In this document: positions 9,580 through 14,776 of the stretch, piece by piece
How positions within the stretch are numbered: the first letter of the stretch is position 1
Layout of the letters: every line of letters starts with the position of its first letter
Assembly (NCBI GenBank): GCA_046758705.1
Contig: JBHIAT010000085.1
Location: 1-14,776 of the forward strand
DNA: 14,776 nt
Reading direction: 5' to 3'
Source: Candidatus Bipolaricaulia bacterium
Lineage (GTDB): Bacteria > Bipolaricaulota > Bipolaricaulia > JBHIAT01
Position numbers and translations under genes: made by a program
The notes under the pieces: model-generated
Database searches by the model: none
The model's input: the letters and a program-made list of their open reading frames with translations, nothing else
What the model was told of the DNA's origin: nothing

Positions 9580-10470
9580 ATGGCAATGACAGCGCAGGAT
9601 AGAGTCATGACGGCTCTGCAACATAAGGAGCCCGATCGTGTTCCTTTTGACTTGGATGGAACAACGGTGTCAGGGATTCATCGCATCGCGTATCGCAACC
9701 TGCTGTCCCATATCGGCATGGACGAAGAAAGCGAGATTTCCGTTTATGATATCGTCACCCACAGAAATCAGGTGGAAGCGCTGTCCCAAAAGACCGGCTG
9801 TGCATTGACCCTGGTGGGAAGCGGTTCGGGAATCTTCGAATATGCATGCTGGATAAGAGGATTTAAAGAATTCTATTTAGATTTAGCGAGGGATCCGTCT
9901 TTAGCTACAAGTCTGTTGGACAAAATCACCGATTATAAGATAAGGATTTGGGAACTTCTGCTGGATGAGCTCGGTCATCTGGCTCAAATAGCCCAGGAGG
10001 CAGATGATCTCGCCGGTCAAGTCGATTTATTAATATCTCCCGACATGTACCGCCAGCTCATCAAACCACGACATAAAAGAGTTTTCGAGTTTATCAAGAA
10101 GAACGCTCCAAAACCGATGTACGTGTTTCTCCATTCTGATGGAGCGATTTACGACTTGATCCCTGACCTGATTGAGGCAGGCGTCCAGATCTTGAATCCC
10201 GTGCAAGTCAGTGCAGCGAGAATGGATACCCGGCGACTCAAAAAGGAATTCGGAGATGTGCTGTGCTTTTGGGGAGGCGGGGTCGATACCCAGAACGTGT
10301 TACCCCGAGGCACCCCGGATGAAGTCAGGGATGAAGTGAGAAGGCACCTCGATGATCTGGCCCCTGGAGGGGGTTACATCTTCGGCGCGATCCATAATAT
10401 TCAGCCGGACGTGCCCCCGGAGAACATCATCGCCATGTGGGAAACTTTACAGGAGTATGGCAGGTATTAA
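9580..10470 (+). CDS. Uroporphyrinogen decarboxylase-like (UroD/MtaA/CmuA family) protein, probably internally deleted
   Basis: MTAQDRVMTALQHKEPDRVPFD, ADDLAGQ, ISPDMYRQLIKP, FLHSDGAI, NPVQVSA, FWGGGVDTQ, GGGYIFGAIHNIQPDVPPENI. AAGGAGGTG RBS favours ATG 9580. Only 296 aa. Confidence 0.85.
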   Translation: MAMTAQDRVMTALQHKEPDRVPFDLDGTTVSGIHRIAYRNLLSHIGMDEESEISVYDIVTHRNQVEALSQKTGCALTLVGSGSGIFEYACWIRGFKEFYLDLARDPSLATSLLDKITDYKIRIWELLLDELGHLAQIAQEADDLAGQVDLLISPDMYRQLIKPRHKRVFEFIKKNAPKPMYVFLHSDGAIYDLIPDLIEAGVQILNPVQVSAARMDTRRLKKEFGDVLCFWGGGVDTQNVLPRGTPDEVRDEVRRHLDDLAPGGGYIFGAIHNIQPDVPPENIIAMWETLQEYGRY

Positions 10471-10473
10471 GTT

Positions 10474-12030
10474 CTAGAATTCGAGTGGTTCACCCTCTTG
10501 GGGAAGACGTACTTCGCAAAGGTCCCCCAGCTCTTTGGAATAGATTTCCGGATACTCGGTATGGATGGGGATTAACGTCTTAGGCTCGATCGCCCGGGCG
10601 AATTGGAGCAGCTCGGGGCCGCTCGCGTGCCCGCTGGCATGGATCTGGATCGGCTGGTACCCCTGCTCAGGATTGATGCCAAAGTGCTTCAGCCAATTGT
10701 GCAGCCGCTCGTCGGAAAGCTCCATCTCTTCGTTGAACGGCTCGGTGCTGGCCCGGATATAGCTCGAACCGGCCGGCGGCTTAATGTCCAGTAGGTTATT
10801 GAAACGCCAGTAGTCGAGCTGGAACACGTAGCGCTCCGGCTCACGGTTTAGATCCAGTGCGGTGACTCCGCGCTCTAAATGCGGGGTCTCAGGTTTCTTC
10901 CCTTTGAGCCAATGGGCCTGATATCCTGCCTTGTACTTGTCGTAGACATAGTCAGCAGGGCTATAGAGCAGGCTACGGCTCCGCTCCAGATAGACGTAAA
11001 CCCCGGGCTCGGATTCCAAATCGTAGCCGAGCTGATGTAGGAGATAGGCAAGTCGGGGGAAAATGACCAGCTCGCGACCTACCGCCTCTGCCGCCTCTTT
11101 CATCGTTTCGTAGCGCTCCACGTCCTTCCAACGGAAGCCGATCATCGCTAGACCTTGCGTCTGGTGGATGGCTCGGACAAGCTCTTCAAGGACGCGTGTC
11201 TCATCATCGTGTTCCTGGCTGGTGATGCGTGTCCCCTCAAGCAACAGCACATCCGGTTGGAGTCCTCCCAAGCTCTCTAACGGATCAAAATGCCAGCGGC
11301 CGTGAAAGCGTATGTCACCGGAATAGACGACCGTCTGGCCGTCAGCCCGGATCACAAAGGCGACCGAACCGGGAACCGAGTGACCGACGGCTACGGGTTG
11401 GACGGTGATCGCCGAGTTCTCTTGTAGTGTGAACGGCTGACCGGGCTCAAACAGGTGGATGTGGCGGGGCTCCTCGTCCCCGGCGGCGATCTTAGGCGCA
11501 CCGGGGAAGAAGCCGCCCTTATTGGGTTGCAACACTCGTCGGCTGATGCGCAGCACGTCCCGTTCACAACCGCTATAGTTGCCGACAGAGACAGCCGCCT
11601 CAAGCAGGGTATGCGTCTGAGGCGAGCAGTAGATCGGAAGGTGACCGAGAAAGCCGATCAGGCCAAAGTGGTCATCATGACCGTGGGTCAGCAACAGGGC
11701 ATCGACCGGTGGTTTGCCACGGTCTCGCTGGTAATCTTCGGCGCATTGGACCTCGATCTGCCAGAGCGGGGCACTGCGACCGAGCAGATCGGGGTCTCCC
11801 AAAGGGGTCAATGCATCTTCGCGATAGAGACCGTCGACACGGGGCAAGATGCCTAACCGGAGGTAGTCACAGAGTTGTGAATTGGTGCGCGGGGCCAGAT
11901 ACTCTTCGTAGAAGCGTTCCCTGCATTTGAAGGATACACCAAAATCGAGCAGGACTCTTCCGGAGGGGAACTCGACCAGGATCTTGTTGCCACCGATCTC
12001 ATTGACCCCACCATAGCAGGTAATCTTCAT
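10474..12030 (-). CDS. Metallo-beta-lactamase fold hydrolase, beta-CASP / RNase J-like nuclease
   Basis: GGVNEIGGN, LLDFG, THGHDDH (HxHxDH), GHSVPGS, YSGDIR, HASGHAS and IPIHTE motifs. Confidence 0.85.
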   Translation of the reverse strand: MKITCYGGVNEIGGNKILVEFPSGRVLLDFGVSFKCRERFYEEYLAPRTNSQLCDYLRLGILPRVDGLYREDALTPLGDPDLLGRSAPLWQIEVQCAEDYQRDRGKPPVDALLLTHGHDDHFGLIGFLGHLPIYCSPQTHTLLEAAVSVGNYSGCERDVLRISRRVLQPNKGGFFPGAPKIAAGDEEPRHIHLFEPGQPFTLQENSAITVQPVAVGHSVPGSVAFVIRADGQTVVYSGDIRFHGRWHFDPLESLGGLQPDVLLLEGTRITSQEHDDETRVLEELVRAIHQTQGLAMIGFRWKDVERYETMKEAAEAVGRELVIFPRLAYLLHQLGYDLESEPGVYVYLERSRSLLYSPADYVYDKYKAGYQAHWLKGKKPETPHLERGVTALDLNREPERYVFQLDYWRFNNLLDIKPPAGSSYIRASTEPFNEEMELSDERLHNWLKHFGINPEQGYQPIQIHASGHASGPELLQFARAIEPKTLIPIHTEYPEIYSKELGDLCEVRLPQEGEPLEF

Positions 12031-12213
12031 CTTGCTACATATACATTTGCATATTTAGTGCTCATCCGTCAAACAGCCAGTAGTAGAGCTTGGAGGTAAC
12101 AAGGTTATCAGGGGTTAACGTCGTTCTATAGCCATGGCCCTCGTCCATGAGCTTCCCAAGCCTGCCACTTTGACCGGAAGCGCCATAAAGAAGAACCGCC
12201 TCCGCCTTATTAT

Positions 12214-12531
12214 CGGTCAATACACCGGACTTCAGTCCGCGTGGACTTTCTCCTCTTTCCATGGTATAATGATCACAGATCTTTGACAACGTATGGGGTT
12301 GTTGCCGCAACCCTGAGCAACGTAAAACGTTGTGGGTATAGCCAGGTGCATTTTGCCAGCGTTTTGCTGTTCAGCGAAACAGAAGCTAACAGCCGCGAAG
12401 CCTGGCCTAAAGAAACTAAAACGTTGTGTGTGAACTGGCCGGGCGCGGCCAGCGTGGAGGCGTGAACCGCTGCGAGAGCAAGTTCCGCCTGTGAAACGAG
12501 AAGCCCCGTACTTTAGTGCGGGGAGCGTCAC
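12214..12531 (+). mobile_element. Non-autonomous IS200/IS605-family miniature element (no tnpA/tnpB)
   Basis: Left-end imperfect hairpin CACCGGAC-TTCA-GTCCG(C)GTG (12223-12243) preceded by AATA, with TTAT at 12210-12213. Right-end hairpin CCCCGTAC-TTTA-GTGCGGGG (12504-12523) preceded by GAAG and ending in TCAC (12528-12531). No terminal inverted repeats or target duplication, as expected for this family. The left boundary is inferred. Confidence 0.8.
12242..12270 (+). promoter_or_regulatory. Sigma-70 promoter with extended -10 inside the element left end
   Basis: TGGACT-17 nt-TATAAT, with TG at 12262-12263 giving TGnTATAAT. Confidence 0.75.
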
Positions 12532-12551
12532 GAGGGTTACCCCTCGGGAAC
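12277..12551 (+). ncRNA. Candidate TnpB-type omegaRNA/reRNA-like structured RNA plus ~20-nt flank-derived guide
   Basis: Successive stems: GGGTTG/CAACCC, CAACGT/ACGTTG, GCCAGG/CCTGGC enclosing GTTTTGCT/AGCGAAAC, CTGGCCG/CGGCCAG, AGGCG-GAAC-TGC[GAGA]GCA-GTTC-CGCCT, then the right-end hairpin and TCAC. Both ends are inferred. Confidence 0.6.
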
Positions 12552-12956
12552 CACGCCGAGCTGTTGCATCATGCCCAGGAAGTCGAACTCGCCCCAGCGT
12601 TCCACGGCCTTGCCGCCTTCGATGCGGATGATGTCGATCCCCGTCATCGCCACCTGCTTACCGGTCGCAGGAATGCCTTGAAACTCACCTTGGTGTGTGC
12701 CGCTCAATGTCAGGCGGGTCGTAACCTTGTCCCCTTCGGCAATCATGTCTTCAATCGTGAAGTGTAAGTCGGGGAAGGAGACGAGGATCTGTGCAAAGAT
12801 TTGTTTGACGCCCTCAAGGCCGGGTGCCTGTCCGGGATTGGGATTGTGATCGACAAAGCCAGCGCCGATAAACTCGTCTAATACGTCCACATTCCTCTGG
12901 CTCAGAACCTCCTCGTAGAAACGGCGGGTCTTGGCCTTGTTTTCTTCTGTTGACAT
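12537..12956 (-). CDS. Ester cyclase / SnoaL-like (NTF2-fold) protein
   Basis: MSTEENKA...FPDLHFTIEDMIAEGDKV...GTHQGEFQGIPATGKQV...GKAVERW...MMQQLG; AAAGGAGG RBS. Confidence 0.92.
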   Translation of the reverse strand: MSTEENKAKTRRFYEEVLSQRNVDVLDEFIGAGFVDHNPNPGQAPGLEGVKQIFAQILVSFPDLHFTIEDMIAEGDKVTTRLTLSGTHQGEFQGIPATGKQVAMTGIDIIRIEGGKAVERWGEFDFLGMMQQLGVVPEG

Positions 12957-12990
12957 GGGATGGCCTCCTTTGACATTTTGTCTCAGGATA

Positions 12991-13008
12991 TACCTAGAGT
13001 TACCTAGA
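12991..13008 (-). promoter_or_regulatory. Direct-repeat operator candidate upstream of the ester cyclase gene
   Basis: TACCTAGA-GT-TACCTAGA, two perfect 8-mers with a 10-bp period. On the - strand they fill the spacer of a possible TTGCGT-18 nt-TATCCT promoter. Confidence 0.5.
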
Positions 13009-13060
13009 ACGCAACTTTAAGAAAAGTGCTGCTTTCATGGCCTGCAGCGGATCAGGACAT

Positions 13061-13801
13061 TCACTCCCATTGAAAAAAGCGGAGTGAGAGAATCGCCGAT
13101 CCCAAAAGAATGACGATCACGATGAACATCTCGGTGGTGTTCCAACCGAAACCGAGCCAGGCGTCCTGCAGCAGGTAGACGAGGTGCGTCAGCGGTAGTA
13201 TGTCCCCGATCTGTTGCAATATATCCCCAAGGACCTCTGGGGGTGGCCCGGTGCCGGAGAGGAGCATCATCACGAAGAACAGGATCAGGCCAGCCATTTG
13301 GGCTGCCCGTGCCGTGGGAAGCAAGGCGCCCAGTAGAAAACCCAAGGCGGCAAAGCTCAGCGTGCCCAGCACGAAACCTGCTACCACCCCGGTGGTAAAG
13401 TGGGGCGAGTTCAGATCATAGATGAGCCGGGTCGCCAGGATCATCAGCGCACCGCTCACCGTTGCGACCACGAATGAGATGATGATCTGTGACCCGAACA
13501 CACTCCAAATCGGGATCGAAGACGCCCGAAACCGGCGAAGTACGCCCGCCTCTCGGTACCCGGACAAATGGACCGGGATGCCGACCAGGCCGACGGATGC
13601 GATGACGAGACCGATATACGCTGGCACGTAGAAGTCTATGGGGCCGACCCCTCGATAGATTTCGGGATCAGGGTTGTTGCCGAACACCTCGGCGAGCACA
13701 AATAGCAAGATGATCGGAAAGAACAAAGAGAGGACCATGGTAATCGGCTCTCGGATGAAGAGCTTGATCTCGACCCAGGTCAACTTGGTTAACGTGTGCA
13801 T
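13061..13801 (-). CDS. ABC-2 type exporter permease (DrrB-like)
   Basis: About six TM segments; E.KLF.REP, YREAGVLRRFRAS and LPLTHLV motifs; stop/start overlap with the upstream ATPase gene at 13801. Confidence 0.92.
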   Translation of the reverse strand: MHTLTKLTWVEIKLFIREPITMVLSLFFPIILLFVLAEVFGNNPDPEIYRGVGPIDFYVPAYIGLVIASVGLVGIPVHLSGYREAGVLRRFRASSIPIWSVFGSQIIISFVVATVSGALMILATRLIYDLNSPHFTTGVVAGFVLGTLSFAALGFLLGALLPTARAAQMAGLILFFVMMLLSGTGPPPEVLGDILQQIGDILPLTHLVYLLQDAWLGFGWNTTEMFIVIVILLGSAILSLRFFQWE

Positions 13802-14760
13802 TACGTCTTCGCCTCTACCTCCACCTCATTCTCGATTTCACCATCGGTGAGTGTCAGGAACACGTCCTCGAGCGTCGGTTGCTCCACACGGAAATCGGGC
13901 GGTGTGATCCCGTGTTCGACCAGCGCTGCCGCGACTAGGACGAGCACCGAACTGCTACATTCAATCTCAACCCGCGGTCCTCGTCTCGTAACGCGGCGAA
14001 CGTGCTCCATCTCCTCAAGCCACGACAGGTCAGCGTGGTCGGTACTGAAGATGACTCGTGTGTGGTCTGCGTGGTTGGCGATCAGCCCCTGAGGTGTATT
14101 GAGGGCAACGACCCGGCCTTGTTTCACGATGGCCAGCCGATCACAGAGGTGCTCTGCCTCGTCCATGAAGTGGGTGACCAGCACCACGGTCGTACCTCGA
14201 TTACGGATGGCTTCGATCAGCTGCCAGGCGACTCGGCGGCCGGCCGGATCCAGACCCGTGGTCATCTCGTCGAGGAACACCACCTCAGGATCGTTGACGA
14301 GCGCGAGAGCGACCAATAGCCGCTGGCGCTGACCTCCGGACAAGCTTGAGAACGAGGTGTTGCGCTTGTCGGCCAGGCCCCACTGCTCCATGAGGACTTG
14401 CCAGTCTGAGCCTCCGGGAATCACCGAAGAGAATAAGTCAAGTGCCTCCCAGACTCTGATTCGCTCGGGCAGGGCCGTCTCTTGGAGTTGAGAGCCGATC
14501 CGCCGCCGCAACGCTTGCGCCTGTTCCTGTGGATCGAGCCCCAACACGCTGATTTGGCCCCCGTCCGGTTGACGCAGACCCTGCAGACACTCCACCGTCG
14601 TGGTCTTGCCCGCGCCGTTGGGGCCGAGCAAACCAAAGATCTCCCCTTCGCCTACCTCGAACGAGATATCGTCCACGGCAACCGTCGATCCGTAGGTCTT
14701 TCGCAGATGTTCGACCTCGATAACGACATTCATCGGAGATTTTCCATAGAGTTCAGTCAA
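13801..14760 (-). CDS. ABC exporter ATP-binding protein (DrrA-like)
   Basis: Walker A GPNGAGKTT, signature LSGGQRQR, Walker B VVFLDE, H-loop VTH, C-terminal PTLEDVFL. TTG start with AAGGAGG 9 nt upstream. Confidence 0.95.
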   Translation of the reverse strand: MTELYGKSPMNVVIEVEHLRKTYGSTVAVDDISFEVGEGEIFGLLGPNGAGKTTTVECLQGLRQPDGGQISVLGLDPQEQAQALRRRIGSQLQETALPERIRVWEALDLFSSVIPGGSDWQVLMEQWGLADKRNTSFSSLSGGQRQRLLVALALVNDPEVVFLDEMTTGLDPAGRRVAWQLIEAIRNRGTTVVLVTHFMDEAEHLCDRLAIVKQGRVVALNTPQGLIANHADHTRVIFSTDHADLSWLEEMEHVRRVTRRGPRVEIECSSSVLVLVAAALVEHGITPPDFRVEQPTLEDVFLTLTDGEIENEVEVEAKT

Positions 14761-14776
14761 GGGGACCGTCCTCCTT

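Noticed and set aside
12323-12431. Two 15-nt repeats as a mini CRISPR array
   Set aside because: Only two copies, too short, a 79-nt structured spacer, and no cas genes in the window.
12277-12500. tRNA, riboswitch, group I intron (IStron) or SRP/6S/tmRNA identity for the structured region
   Set aside because: I could not find a T-loop/cloverleaf, group I core elements or other hallmark motifs by eye; an Rfam scan is needed to exclude them formally.
12504-12523. GC-rich hairpin as an intrinsic terminator
   Set aside because: No U-tract on the + strand and only TTCT on the - strand; the GAAG foot, TTTA loop and TCAC end fit an IS200/IS605 right end better, though incidental termination is not excluded.
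12232-12531. ORFs 12232-12531 (-), 12241-12465 (+) and 12062-12310 (-) as real proteins or TnpB fragments
   Set aside because: They run through the IS-end hairpins and promoter, lack RBSs, and show no HUH, RuvC, zinc-finger or D-x-N-A-A-x-N motif; the region is better explained as structured RNA/DNA.

Overview
Bacterial chromosomal window with no rRNA, tRNA or CRISPR array. Left part (+ strand): a 5'-truncated sigma-70-family (SigB/F/FliA-like) gene whose region-4 HTH appears replaced by a coiled coil plus an OB-fold-like domain; tyrosine phenol-lyase (tpl); then a tightly packed envelope/division run of a DUF5693-like membrane protein, csaB, a 66-aa membrane ORF, rsmH, ftsL and ftsI. This dcw fragment lacks mraZ and stops before murE. 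Next come two genes that look internally deleted: a HAD hydrolase broken at an 8-nt junction and a shortened UroD/MtaA-CmuA-family protein. Right part (- strand): an ABC-2 exporter pair, a SnoaL-like ester cyclase and a beta-CASP/RNase J-like metallo-beta-lactamase. The most notable item lies at about 12214-12531 and is not explained by any ORF. It is a ~318-bp non-autonomous IS200/IS605-type element with both terminal hairpins and matching guide/cleavage tetranucleotides (AATA/TTAT, GAAG/TCAC). It carries no tnpA or tnpB, but has a strong extended -10 promoter, a boxA-like motif and a ~255-nt highly structured RNA ending in a TnpB omegaRNA-like scaffold, so it is a candidate mobile, stand-alone guide-RNA cassette. 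All calls come from reading motifs by eye; no searches were run.
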